Under the pieces are notes generated by a model. That model was not told the DNA's origin and made no database searches. It was given only the letters and a program-made list of their open reading frames with translations. From Eledone cirrhosa (lineage: Eukaryota), in NCBI GenBank assembly GCA_964016885.1, contig OZ024754.1, positions 17,236,001 through 17,300,000 on the forward strand: a DNA stretch of 64,000 bases, written 5' to 3'. Each line of letters begins with the position of its first letter. Within the stretch, counting starts at the first letter, position 1. The position numbers and the translations under genes are program-made. This document shows positions 41,987 to 54,786 of this stretch, piece after piece.

Positions 41987-43475
41987 GGTTGATAATATCA
42001 CCACACGCATGGAAGACATGTACACCAAAGAGAATGCAATAAAGCTGTCTCATCAAACCATTGATTATCGATTAAGTAGATTAGAAGATATTGCAACACA
42101 GATGGGTGACTCTCTTGCTGTTATAGAAGATGTTATAACAGCTGAACGGACTCCAGTTTTCTCTGATCTTGAAACAGCTGTAGATTACACCAGTGAGGAG
42201 TCTCTTCAACCCCCAGACGGTCCCAACAGTCCCCAAACTTGTCACCTTTCAAAAGATCAATTTACAGCACCCAGATCACTCAGAGGGGGGTTTTCTAAAA
42301 GAATTAGTGTTCCAAATCGTATATCTAGACTTTCTGATCATCGACCACCATTGTTAGGTAAAAGAAACCCATCTATTGGTTTGAAACGTTCATGGAGTCT
42401 TTGTAGCCGTAGCCCTAAATTTACTAACAGCAGTCCTTTACAAATAAAGCGACGGTCTCTTTTCCAGTTCCATGATGCTATGCAGAAAGCATGTCTCCAG
42501 AACTATGATTTAGATGGACCTGGAGAGCAAAGTTCTAATTCAAACAGGTCAAAATTACAGAAACGGCGTAATATCACTACAAACCTCCATGTCAGTATAC
42601 GGCCTGAAGAAATTCAAGAGGACTGTTTCAACTCCAATGGTTCCCCTCCAAATATATCCCCAACTACATCATGTAATGTTTCTTCGGAAAAATTTAGCGA
42701 AGCATTACCAGAGAAAAGTGTTTACAGCACGGCTCCCATTGAGTCCGATACTCGCACTGCTACCTTACTTCCTGGCAAAACAATGACCCTTGATCTCTTG
42801 AAACCAAAAGATACTCAATTTAATCGTGATGCTGACACCCATTCTGGTGCTATCATTGGTCACACACCAGTTTCACCTCTTGACACCCCAAATTCTCCAT
42901 CGAATAGTGTTACATTTGGATCTTATAATGTTTATGAGAAATACCAAACTGGAACATCTGCTGGTCAAATGCCGTCACTTTTAACTTCCTTGAACCCAGA
43001 GTATACGACGATTACAGATGAAATCGATACTTCATACTTAATGGAGACTTCTAGTCCTGCAACTAGTAGCATATTCTTTTCTGACCAAGACGATAAATAC
43101 TTTTGGAACAATGAAGAAAAAGCATTGAAACAAGCAGAAGAAGTTGAACACCATCGAATGGAACGGGTCATTCGCAACCGGTTGCGTCAGATCTCACTTG
43201 ATGACACTGACAGCATTAGTGACATGGCCAAAATTGTGGTCTCTGAAATGGAAGGTAACCAAAAGCATACACCACCTGATGCAGTTGTAGATGTCGATGA
43301 AGAAGATATACAACCTGTTAACAGGCCTGCTTGTATATCACAGGTAACAGTAGAGAATAAAGACTATAAAAGCTCGCCTGTTAATAGATCCTTAAAAAGT
43401 ATAGAAATCAAAGTCATTCGTGCATCCATTGACAAAGGCAGTAGCTGCGACAGTGATCGAGACCCACAATGTTAA
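41987..43475 (+). CDS. TRPM: TRPM channel terminal exon (coiled coil and long Ser/Pro-rich tail)
   Basis: ttgcAG acceptor. Phase 2 gives RVDNITTRMEDMYTKENAIKLSHQTIDYRLSRLED (coiled coil). Open to TAA at 43475. Contains EYTTITDEIDT. Confidence 0.9.
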
Positions 43476-43547
43476 TTATTCACTGTTTTAGGTGAGGCGT
43501 CGTTATTTTACATGTATTATTAAAATGTATCTAATTGTCATTAAACG

Positions 43548-43553
43548 AATAAA
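43548..43553 (+). promoter_or_regulatory. Possible polyadenylation signal
   Basis: AATAAA ~70 nt after the stop, with a T-rich tract downstream. Weak in such AT-rich DNA. Confidence 0.25.
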
Positions 43554-44347
43554 AAAACAAAATTACAAATTAAAAGTAAATTTTTATTTTATTTTTTACC
43601 TTAACTATATAAGAAACATTTTACAATGACTCTCCTTGAAAAATAATTAACAGCTGAGTTTGAGGCATTTTTCTTAATCATATTACACTTTTCAAAAACA
43701 TGAACATCTTGCCTACAAATTTCTGATTTGATTAATGCTGTCCAGATAACATCTTAAAAGTTTTAATTTCTTTCTACTACATTCCAGTTTTTCTTCCTAT
43801 ATATATATATATACACACATATATACATATATGTGTATATATACATACATATATATATATATGGTGAGAGAAAAATGCTGTCTATATAAGAAGAGATTTT
43901 ATTACAATGTTCTTGAATTTGTATATATTATTTGAATATAAGTTAATTGTTGATAGAAAGTTTGTCTTGAGTTTTATTTGAATATTTTTATCATTGAATT
44001 CAAACTGTGGAAGTTACTTAGTAAAATGAGTCGCCATCTAGACGTGGGGTAAAATCTAAAGACATTTGATCATAATTAGATATTTCTTTTAACCTGAAAA
44101 TTTGTACTGACTGGTTTGATACCAAACCACCTGAACTGCCCCAGGTTCTATGATACAAAACTGTTTATTTTAAAGTGTTTACATTTTTATCTAAAAACCT
44201 TCATCATAATTTTATGTAAGTACCTCTATGTTCCAAAACACCAGCTTAACCCTTTTGTTATCAAAACATCTGAAACTGCCCTTGTTTCTTATGATACTAA
44301 GCTGTTTATTTTAGGTGTGTACGTTTATTTGAAAAACTTTACATCAT

Positions 44348-44537
44348 AATTGTTTCTACTTTTGGCACAAGGCCAGCAATTACCCAGTACATTACTGGTA
44401 CTTTATTTTATCGACCCTATAAGGATGAAAGGCAAAGTTAACCTCGACGGGATTTGAACTTAGACAGTAAAGGGATGTAACTATGCTAGAAAGCATGGCG
44501 TCCAACCCTCTACCGATACTGCCAATTCACCGTCCTT
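44348..44537 (-). mobile_element. tRNA-derived SINE, family A
   Basis: 17-bp TSD aaactttacatcataat at 44334-44350 and 44538-44554. Confidence 0.9.
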
Positions 44538-44649
44538 AAACTTTACATCATAATGAAAGAACATTTGTTACGTTATGTTCCAAACATCAGCTTCATAATG
44601 AGTTATATTACTAAATCCATACAAATGCTTGATTATTTTAAGATTAATT

Positions 44650-44920
44650 GAAAATCATAGGCAGTATCTTTCATTATAAATATAGTAATGAAAGGGTTAA
44701 TGATGTAAGCATTATAGATATTGTAATGAAAGGTTAAAGACATAGGCAGTGTCTTTCATTATAAACATAGTAATGAAAGGGTTAATGATGTAAGCATTAT
44801 AGATATTGTAATGAAAGGTTAAAGACATAGGCAGTGTCTTTCATTATAAACATAGTAATGAAAGGGTTAAAGACATAGGCAATGTCTTTCATTAGAAATA
44901 TGTTAATGAAAGGGTTAATG
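44650..44920. repeat. Tandem duplications of a TTAA-ended MITE terminus
   Basis: cataggcagtgtctttcattataaacatagtaatgaaagggttaa repeated ~4 times. Possible left end ttaacccttttgttatc at ~44246. Confidence 0.6.
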
Positions 44921-46952
44921 GTGAGAAACTTAGTTATTTTATTAAATCTCTTGAAATTCATGATTATTTTCAAGATTAATTGAAAATCATAGGCATTCTA
45001 AGTACAATTTCATTAAATAAGAACCAATGAAGGATGTTTGACTGGCAGTCAGAGTGTTGGATAGGATGCCTCATGATATTTGGTTCAGCTCCTTGCTGAG
45101 GGTAAAATATAGTGTTTCAGGTGTGAACATAGTCAATTTCTTCCAGATAAGGAGAGTGAGAGGAAGTGAGGAAGAGATATAAAGAACAGAACCCACTACT
45201 GGACTGATACTTTTTTATCAATCTTGAAAGGATGAAAAGCAATGTTGAGCTCGACAGCATCTGAACTCAGCTGGAATACTGCAAAGTATCCTGTCCAACG
45301 TTCTAATGACTCTGCTAATTGAAATGTGTTGTATAACTACTGTTGAACCACTTATATCTCTATTTAAAATATATCAATATGGTAGGTTTTGGGATTGTTT
45401 TCGATGGATACTTATTCAAATTTATGCTATACTTATTTCATAAAGAGCGTTACACATTTCCCCAAAAGCATATGTTTTGCACTTTTAAATTTCTGCATAA
45501 AGCTATAAACATTCAGGTTGTGTGTGTGGGTGTGTGTGTTGACAACCTTGCATCTAAGTTATCTTTACAATAAAAAAAAAAGACAATATAAAATTATTTA
45601 TTTATATATTAATCATTTTCTATGAGAAAACCAATGGAAAAAAATATGATAGAAGATATAGTATAGATTATATATAATTTTTTATTAAATTAAGATGCTA
45701 ATATGGAATATCTAATGTGTCTACTCTTATTTTTATCTCTAATCAAACAATGCGCATCTACTACAACTTGAAAATGCTGCAACGTTTGTGAGAAATACAA
45801 TTAAGCATAACATTTCATCAGTTGGTCTTGGGAGATTTATAAATATGACATATGGCTGTTTCTGACACAAATCGGATATAGCATTTTTCCATATGAAGTT
45901 ATGAAAAGTGACTCAATTACATTGACTTTGTCAATACTATGGTGTTCAAAAACATGCTACTTGTTACTTTGACTTTGGTGTGTATTTCAGTTCGATTCTA
46001 TCAACGTTCACATTAAGATTATTCATTGTTAATGTAAAACTTCTTAAGTGAAATGCATTTCCTAATCACATGCTTCAGCCTTAAGCTTCTATCGAAGGTT
46101 ATGTTGAAAAGCAACACTTACAGAGTCTAAAACTAAATAGAGGCTTACACAATTAGTATAGTGGTTGTAAACCACGGTTTCTTAATCTGGGCGATTTCAA
46201 CTGCTTGGTAGGCACTGAGCAATTGAACAGAAAATGGTGGGCGATATAGCTTTTTGAGTATTAAAAGGTATTTCAACATATGCTACCCGAAAAAATATTC
46301 AAAAGAGATATGCAAAAAACCTGTATTAAAACAAAAAAACAGGAGGCTAAATGAGAATAATTGGGCCACATTCCTAGATAAGATATAAAGATCCTCGCAA
46401 ACAAGGAACATGTTGCTACTTTCTAGTTTTAAGAAGGGTTATTAACATTCAAATATTTCTTCGGGCATTGATATATGTGTGTGTTATCTGTTGGATCTTT
46501 TTAAAAGAAGGTAGAACATGATTTGGCTGCTACTTCTAGCATGTCTACCTCATTATAAGTATTGCCTTGTTAATCTGTCAACTGAGAAAAAGGAGGTGAA
46601 AAAGGTTACAAACTGGGAAATGTTTTATCGCAAGGAAAATGTTCTTGTATAAGAAAATGTTGACATTCTATGTCAATGCAGGAGTTTGTTTTAAAGATAG
46701 CTGTTTAGTTGGTTGTTTATTTATGAAGTGGTTTTGTTTTAATATATGATATATAGTATTGTTGTATATTTGCAAAGTGACAAACATCACATTTCTGAAT
46801 CTCTTTTCATCAGGGTTTTAAAATTGACATAGAGCAATATATATTTATGTGGAAACATTTATTACATTTCATAAAGTCTTCTACATGTGCTATTACAAAA
46901 CCATAAAACACATTTTCCATAACTTGAATCCCAAACTTTTGCTTCTATATAT

Positions 46953-47292
46953 ATGGAGGCACATGGCTTAGAGGTTAGAGCATTGGCCTTGCAATCGAAA
47001 GGTTGTGAGTTCAATTCTCAGACCGGGTGATGTGTTGTTTCCTTGAGCAAGACACTTTATTTCACATTGCTCCAGTTTACTCAGCTGTAGAAATGACATG
47101 ATAGGGACTGGGGTCCCTATCATTCCACTGCAAAGTGGTCGTGGAGGTGCCACGGCAAAAAAGCACCAAGCACTCACTGTAAATGAGGTTGGTGTTAGGA
47201 AGGGCATCCAGCTGTAGAAATCAAGCCAGAATCAGTTCCCGTCCCACCCTTGCAAGCAGGGAAAAGCAGACGTAAAATGATGATGATGATGA
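46953..47292 (+). mobile_element. tRNA-derived SINE, family B
   Basis: Near-identical to 33726-34022, with an RTE-type tail and (gat)n. Confidence 0.9.
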
Positions 47293-47320
47293 AATTAGTA
47301 TCAGTGCTCTGAAATAGCGA

Positions 47321-47620
47321 TGTATGTATGACTGTATGTATAGTATATTTGATAATATACTGTATGTTTATTTATATATATATATATATGTATATGTATA
47401 TGTATGACTGTATGTATAGTATATTTGATGATATACTGTATGTTTATTTATATATATATATATATGTATATGTATATGTATGACTGTATGTATAGTATAT
47501 TTGATGATATACTGTATGTTTATTTATATATATATATATATATATGTATATGTATGACTGTATGTATAGTATATTTGATAATATACTGTATGTTTATTTA
47601 TATATATATATATATATATA
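47321..47620. repeat. ~75-bp tandem repeat with (TA)n spacers
   Basis: tgtatgactgtatgtatagtatatttgat(a/g)atatactgtatgtttattt x4. The same sequence forms the outer end of the 47803-48220 inverted repeat. Confidence 0.85.
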
Positions 47621-47657
47621 ATATAAGATCAAAAGATGGTTAAAGGAGTTCAATATA

Positions 47658-47724
47658 TTTTATTATGCGCATTTCAAAAACAAACATCATCAAACAATAA
47701 TATTTGTGTTTTCATCAGATAAAA
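47658..47724 (-). ncRNA. Type I hammerhead ribozyme, long stem II
   Basis: Minus strand UUUUAU-CUGAUGA-[16-bp stem II, 3 G-U pairs, 1 mismatch, GUUU loop]-GAAA-UGCGCA-UA-AUAAAA. Stem I 6 bp. Triplet AUA. Confidence 0.8.
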
Positions 47725-47802
47725 CAGGAGAACATGATATGAAGGCTAAAAAAACACTTGTTGATAGTGCAGTTTTAAATCAACATATCTATATATATGT
47801 AT

Positions 47803-48220
47803 ATGTATGACTGTACGTATAGTATATTTGATAATATACTGTATGTTTATTTTAAAACATTTTGAAGACCATTCGCTATGAGTTTTAAAGTATGTCACTT
47901 ACTTTGTCTCAGCAAAAACAATTTCACAGCACTGATAGTAATTTCTAATTTTTGCTGGACCAGCAACTGCTCTGCTTAATCAGCTCTTAAACATAACTGG
48001 AATTCTATAAGAATCCAGCTTCGATAAGTCTCGGCAGAAGCGGAGGGATAAGCAATCTTGATAACCGTTAACAAAAGAGAAACAGCTGTCAGTTGCTTCC
48101 ATTTGTTTTTGCTGAGACAAAGTAAGTGACATACTTTAAAACTCATAGCGAATGGTCTTCAAAATGTTTTAAAATAAACATACAGTATATTATCAAATAT
48201 ACTATACATACAGTCATACA
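47803..48220. repeat. Inverted repeat, ~118-bp arms with ~180-bp spacer
   Basis: 47803-47921 is the reverse complement of 48102-48220. The spacer has gaaacagctgtc, a hammerhead-type half site. Confidence 0.85.
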
Positions 48221-48577
48221 TATAGATAGTTAGATAGATTTCAGAGGGGAGATATTTTTTCAAAAAGAAATATCTTACTTTTCTTTTAATTCTTTATTAA
48301 GAACATAAATTTTATTCTGTTATCTGTCATACACAAACATATTGTGTCAACTATATTTTATAATAAGAAGTTATACAATGATGGAAATATGAAAAAAAAA
48401 AGATAAAAACAATTAAGTAATGAAAAAAAAGGGGGAAGAGGTAAAGAATGGCAGATCTGGCTGTATAGGAAAGTAGAGGAGAAGAATATAAGTATCATAA
48501 ATGAGAGGAAAAGGAGGGAACAAGAAAGGACTATTAGGCCAGTGAGTAAAGGGGAGGAGGCGGCAGCAGGCTCTTGC

Positions 48578-48688
48578 CTAGCTCACAGTGGTGTTTTGGC
48601 TACGCTCTGTGGACAAAATTTCAAAGAAATTTCCGCAGACAATGGCCAGTGACGCCTGCTGCAACAGCCACCTTGCAAAACTCATCGG
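48578..48688 (-). mobile_element. Possible 3' fragment of a CRE-like non-LTR retrotransposon
   Basis: FARWLLQQASLAIVCGNFFEIL resembles the QRxSxAIxRGN C-terminal motif of restriction-like-endonuclease LINEs. Confidence 0.35.
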
Positions 48689-48730
48689 AAAAAAATAATT
48701 TCTTTTAACTTTTCATTATGTTATTTTATT

Positions 48731-49052
48731 TGGGTGGTGAATTGGCAGTATCGGTAGAGGGTTGGACGCCATGCTTTCTAGCATAGTTACGTCCCTTTAC
48801 AGTCTCAGTTCAAATCCCGCCGAGGTTAACTTTGCTTTTCATCCTTACGGGGTCGATAAAATAAAGTACCAGTAATGTACTGGTTAATTGCTGGCCTTGT
48901 GCCTAAAGTAGAAACAATTATATTATTTTATTTTCATACAACGGCGGTAGATTGTCAGACGCCATGGTTTCCAACAGAGTTACGTCCCTTTACGTTCTGA
49001 GTTCAAATCCACCGAGATTAACTTTGCCTTTCATCCAAAAGTAAAAACAATT
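48731..49052 (+). mobile_element. Family A SINE plus an adjacent internally deleted copy
   Basis: Full copy at 48731-48922 flanked by ttat(g/a)ttattttattt. Partial copy at 48943-49052. Confidence 0.85.
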
Positions 49053-49333
49053 ATTTAATTTTCATTTTTCCACACCTACGTGTTATATATCACAATTTCT
49101 CCCCAGTTTTCAAAGAATGTAATTTTTCATAAAGTTTGAAATTCATTTTTGTTATCTCCTTGATGTTCTTTTTGTTTGATGGTGTGAACACTATTTATTG
49201 TAATATTGAAAATACATATATATATATGTATATGTATATATTTTTACATATATGAATATATATGTATATATATATATGTATATATGTATGTATATGTATA
49301 AATGTATGTATATATATATATATATATATATAT

Positions 49334-49905
49334 GAAAAAATGAAACAAAATTTCATTTCTCACACTTAGTACGGCTGTAAACCCATACGTACATATATAT
49401 ATATGTGTGCATGTATGTATATATATACATACTACTGTACGTCTCTATACATATATGTATGTACGTGTACATACTTATATTTAAGTAACAGCCGTACTAA
49501 GAGTGAGAAATGAAATTTTGTTTCATTTTTTCCATTTATCGTTTTCGGTGCGCCCGGCCGACTAACTCACTCGATATGCAAATTAGTCTGCTCAGCCATT
49601 AATATGCATAAGGGAAGTATATACTTTCAGACGTTCAATCATCTGGCAGGAAGGTATATGATGCTGACGATAGCTAATAAGCTTGAAACTAGCACATTGT
49701 TCCTTTGTCAGTGTTGAACAAAAGAGCCACGATGGTTGCTAAACACTGTACGGCTTAATTCGGGCTGATTGTTTACAAACAAACTGAGCATTATAATAAA
49801 TGTTCGGTAAACCCATATGTATATATATGTGTCCATGTATGTATAAATATACATACTACTGTATGTCTGTATACATACATATATGTATGTACGTATACAT
49901 ACATA
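49334..49905 (+). mobile_element. Non-coding hammerhead-bearing retrozyme-like element, copy 1
   Basis: ~430-bp unit with a terminal direct repeat (aaacccata at ~49379 and ~49809). 5' inverted segment (49334-49378 vs 49488-49533). Hammerhead at 49659-49699 with triplet mutated to GCA. Flanked by (TA)n. Confidence 0.7.
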
Positions 49906-50183
49906 TATTTATATATATATGAATATGTATATATATATATGAATATATATATATATATGTAAATGTAAATATATATATATATATATGAATATATATGTAT
50001 ATATATGAATATATATGTATATATATATATATGAATATATATATTCATATATATGTATATATATATAAATAAATATATATATATATATATATGAATAAAT
50101 ATATATGTATATATATATATACAAATATATATATATATTTATATATATATATATATATATGAATATATATATATATGTATATA

Positions 50184-50221
<38 letters not shown>

Positions 50222-50612
50222 TAGATCAGAGCAAACAGCACGGACACTCTATATCAAAATTATTTTTGAAAAGCATTAAAAAATGCGCAACCGGTAAAAA
50301 CTTAAAAACTTAAAACCACAACTGAATACTAACCCATACAATCACTAATACTCTTTTATTCCTAATTAAACCATTTTTCAACTGTGAACAATTTGTCAGC
50401 ATTTTCTATTCCGTTTACCAATATATAATAACTTGTGTGTTACACTTCTATTCTTTTAACTATATATATATATATGTAGTTTCAGAAGATCCCGTTAAGG
50501 GTGAAAGTAGCGATTCTTTGCTTAAACTTTAATCTGTTATTTTAATAAATATGAATATATATATATATGTATATATATATGTATATATATATATATATGT
50601 ATATATATATAC

Positions 50613-50661
<49 letters not shown>

Positions 50662-50834
50662 CATATATATACATATATATATATACATATATATATATAT
50701 ACATATATATATATTCATATATATATATATATATATACATATATATTCATATATATATATACACATATATATATATATACATATATATATATATTCATAT
50801 ATGTATATATATATATACATATATATATATATTA

Positions 50835-51546
50835 TAAGTATGTACACGTACATACATATATGTATACAGATGTACAGTAGTATGTATATATATATACATA
50901 CATGCACACATATATATATGTACGTATGGATTCACCGAACATTTATTATAGTGCTCGATGTGTTTGTAAACAAACATCCCGTATTAAGCCGTAGTGTCTA
51001 TCAACCATCGTTGCTCGTTTGCTCAACACTGACAAAGGAACGCTGTACTAGTTTCAAGCTTATTAGCTATCGTCAGCAACATATACCTTGCTGCCAGATT
51101 GTTGAACGTATATACTTACCTTATGCATATTAACGGCTGAGTAGCCCAATTTGCATATCAAGTGAGTTAATCGGCCGAGTGCACCGAAAACGATAAACGG
51201 AAAAAATGAAACGAAATTTCATTTCCCACTCTTAGTACGGCTGTTACTTAAATATAAGTATGTACACTTACATACATATATGTATACAGATGTACAGTAG
51301 TATGTATATATATATACATACGTGCACACATATAGATATGTACGTATGGATTCACCGAACATTTATTATAATGCTCGATGTGTGTGTAAACAAACATCCC
51401 GTATTAAGCCGTAGTGTCTAGCAACCATCGTATATACATACTACTGTACATCTGTATACATATATGTATGTACGTGTACATACTTATATTTAAGTAACAG
51501 CCGTACTAAGAGTGGGAAATGAAATTTCGTTTCATTTTTTCCGTTT
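50835..51546 (-). mobile_element. Non-coding hammerhead-bearing retrozyme-like element, copy 2
   Basis: 420-bp unit with a partial direct repeat (taagtatgtacac at ~50836 and ~51256). Inverted segment at 51431-51546. Diverged reverse complement of copy 1. Confidence 0.75.
51041..51081 (-). ncRNA. Type I minimal hammerhead ribozyme
   Basis: UGUUG-CUGACGA-U-AGCU-AAUA-AGCU-U-GAAA-CUAG-UA-CAGCG. Palindromic stem III loop. Triplet GUA. Confidence 0.8.
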
Positions 51547-51631
51547 ATATATATATTCATATATATATATATATATATATATTCATATATATATATATAT
51601 ATATACATATATATATTCATATATATATATA

Positions 51632-51690
<59 letters not shown>

Positions 51691-51717
51691 GTATATATAT
51701 ATATGTATATATATATG

Positions 51718-51782
<65 letters not shown>

Positions 51783-51867
51783 GTATATATATATATATGA
51801 ATATATATATATATGTATATATATATATATGAATATATATATATATGTATGTATATATATATATATA

Positions 51868-52400
51868 TGTCATCATCATCATCATCATCGTTTAACGTCC
51901 ATCTTCCACGCTTGCATGGGTTTCGACGGGAATTTTCCCACTTGAGTCAAGATTGTCTTACTCGTATAGGACTGTCTGGCGGGTTTTCTACGGCTGGATG
52001 CCCTTTCTAACACCAACCACGTTTACAGTGTGGACTGGGAGGTTTTTACCGTGTTACCTACACGGCCACATTATAGCATGGACTATGTGTTTTTTTTGTC
52101 GTGACACTTACACGACCTCATTTATTTCGGACTGGATGTTGTGGTACCAACATAACTTTACATCGAAAGGGGTGGTGTGGATGGGGTGGGGGTAGTGTGA
52201 CGGGGGTGTATTTTTGTTAGAGGTGCCTACTGACTGTAAGTTTCGCTTTGTACTTAGGCAAGGCGGGTCTTCTGTATTACTGTGTAGCCCCAAAGATCTC
52301 GGTCCAGTGACATTGTCTTGGAGATGTGTAAGTGTGTGAGGTCGGAATTTATCAAGTCGTTCCAGGTTTTTCTGGGTCTGCCTACTCCGTGGCTACCGTC
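51868..52400 (-). mobile_element. Family B-like SINE 3' fragment and a second RTE 3' fragment
   Basis: (cat)n tail and cggctggatgccctttctaacaccaacc at 51868-52110. GSHGVGRPRKTWNDLINSDL...DRDLW at 52254-52400. Confidence 0.65.
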
Positions 52401-52438
<38 letters not shown>

Positions 52439-52445
<7 letters not shown>

Positions 52446-54438
52446 GAAAGAAGATTGACATGGTTCGCTATACAATAAGGGCTTTATTCACATTGATGAC
52501 AATTGTTTCTTTGATCTGACAGGTCTAGAGTTCGCTATATGCCTGATTTTGCGCCAATCGATCTCCAATACTTTGTTTATAACCAGTCTGTTTCATCGGA
52601 GCGAGTGAAATGAAGAAAAAAGGCATGGTTTTTATATGTGTGGTATTAAACCAGAAAATAATTTCAATGATAAAATAAAATATCTAGATACCAGACAATT
52701 AAAATAATAACATCAATATAAGTAAGAGATAGAGTATAATGGAGAATCTAGCTTGTTAAACAGATTGATATGATACAGATGTATGGAATTGACGTGTGAA
52801 AACTTCTATAGGGTACATTAGATATAGTGATAGGGTAACGACTAGATAACAGTAACCACTAAGATGTGCTTGGAGACAGAATTTATGAGGTATCCACTGT
52901 GCTGTAGGTATTCTAGCAATAAACCGGAGATTTACTTTTTATTTTTTTATTATTTGACAGATAAACATTTTCGTTAATGTTGACAGATAAACATTAATTT
53001 AGTGATGATATGTGGTGCTAAATGGAGTTGTAGATTCGTTATTTAAGTGGCCTATACTAAAGGTAGGGATTGTTAGTTCGAATTGTGGGGGTTTAGTTTT
53101 CACAGCATCAATAACAAATCGTGTATAAATAAGACAGTGATAACAACAATAATAGAAGGTAGTAAAGTAGTAAAATGTGCATGGTAGGTATATAGAACAT
53201 GATGAATAATATTAGGGCTATATTGAGATGTTCATAATAATAATAATAATAAGAAGAAGAATAAGAGGAAAGTGAGATTTCAAGGAGTGTAGGAGTAATA
53301 AGATAATGTACTTAGAATTAGGTTCATCTGTTAGAGATCGTGAGTGCTAATGAGAGATATAAATCCTTGGTCCGAAGGAGTGGGTAACAGCGAAGGTAGG
53401 ATTGATTTATGGGCTGATAAGATAGTTGTAGACATATTCCAGTGGGATAGAATTAGGGAGGCTATAATGTATTTCTAGAAGATTATAGTTCTGTATTGGG
53501 TTGTGTGAGAAGGCGGATTTCATATGTTAAAAGCTAAGTGGTATTGGTTTAAATCTCGCGAATTTTGTAGCAACCCTATGTTTGCAGAAAATTGACTTTT
53601 CTAATTTGCTGTATGAGAGTTTTATTATTCTTATTATTATTATGAACATCTCAATATAGCCCTAGTATTATTCATCATGTTCTATATATCTACCATGCAC
53701 ATTTTACTACTTTACTACCTTCTATTATTGTTGTTATCACTGTCTTATTTATACACGATTTGTTATTGATGCTGTGAAAACTAAACCCCCACAATTCGAA
53801 CTAACAATCCCTACCTTTAGTATAGGCCACTTAAATAACGAATCTACAACACCATTTAGCACCACATATCATCACTAAATTAATGTTTATCTGTCAACAT
53901 TAACGAAAAGGTTTATCTGTCAAATAATAAAAAAATTAAAAAGTAAATCTCCGGTTTATTGCTAGAATACCTACAGCACAGTGGATACCTCATAAATTCT
54001 GTCTCCAAGAACATCTTAGTGGTTACTGTTATCTAGTCGTTACCCTATCACTATATCTAATGTACCCTATAGAAGTTTTCACACGTCAATTCCATACATC
54101 TGTATCATATCAATCTGTTTAACAAGCTAGATTCTCCATTATACTCTATCTCTTACTTATATTGATGTTATTATTTTAATTGTCTGCTATCTAGTTATTT
54201 TATTTTATCATTGATATTATTGTTCTGGTTTAATACCACACTTATATAAAAACCATGCCTTTTTTCTTCATTTCACCCGCTCCGATGAAACAGACTGGTT
54301 ATAAACAAAGTATTGGAGATCGATTGGTGCAAAGTCAGGCGTATAGCGAACTCTAGACCTGCCAGATCAAAGAAACAATTGTCAGCAATGTGAATAAAGC
54401 CCTTATTGTATAGCGAACCATGTCAATCTTCTTTCTTG

Positions 54439-54442
<4 letters not shown>
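52439..54442 (-). mobile_element. Penelope-like remnant with ~815-bp inverted arms between (TA)n tracts
   Basis: 52439-53253 is the slightly diverged reverse complement of 53625-54442. Arms carry gct-CCGATGA...GAAAC-AATT-GTC-agc followed by AATAAA. The spacer is not clearly coding, so strand is inferred by analogy. Confidence 0.7.
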
Positions 54443-54528
<86 letters not shown>

Positions 54529-54591
54529 GGATATATGTATATATATATATATATGTATATATATGTATATATATATATATATGTATATATG

Positions 54592-54624
<33 letters not shown>

Positions 54625-54661
54625 GTATATATATGTATATATATATATATATGTATATATG

Positions 54662-54692
<31 letters not shown>

Positions 54693-54703
54693 GTATATAT
54701 ATG

Positions 54704-54741
<38 letters not shown>

Positions 54742-54755
54742 TGTATGTATATATG

Positions 54756-54786
<31 letters not shown>

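Noticed and set aside
42009-43475. Standalone single-exon gene
   Set aside because: An in-phase acceptor at 41985-41986 joins it to the TRPM exons and continues the coiled coil.
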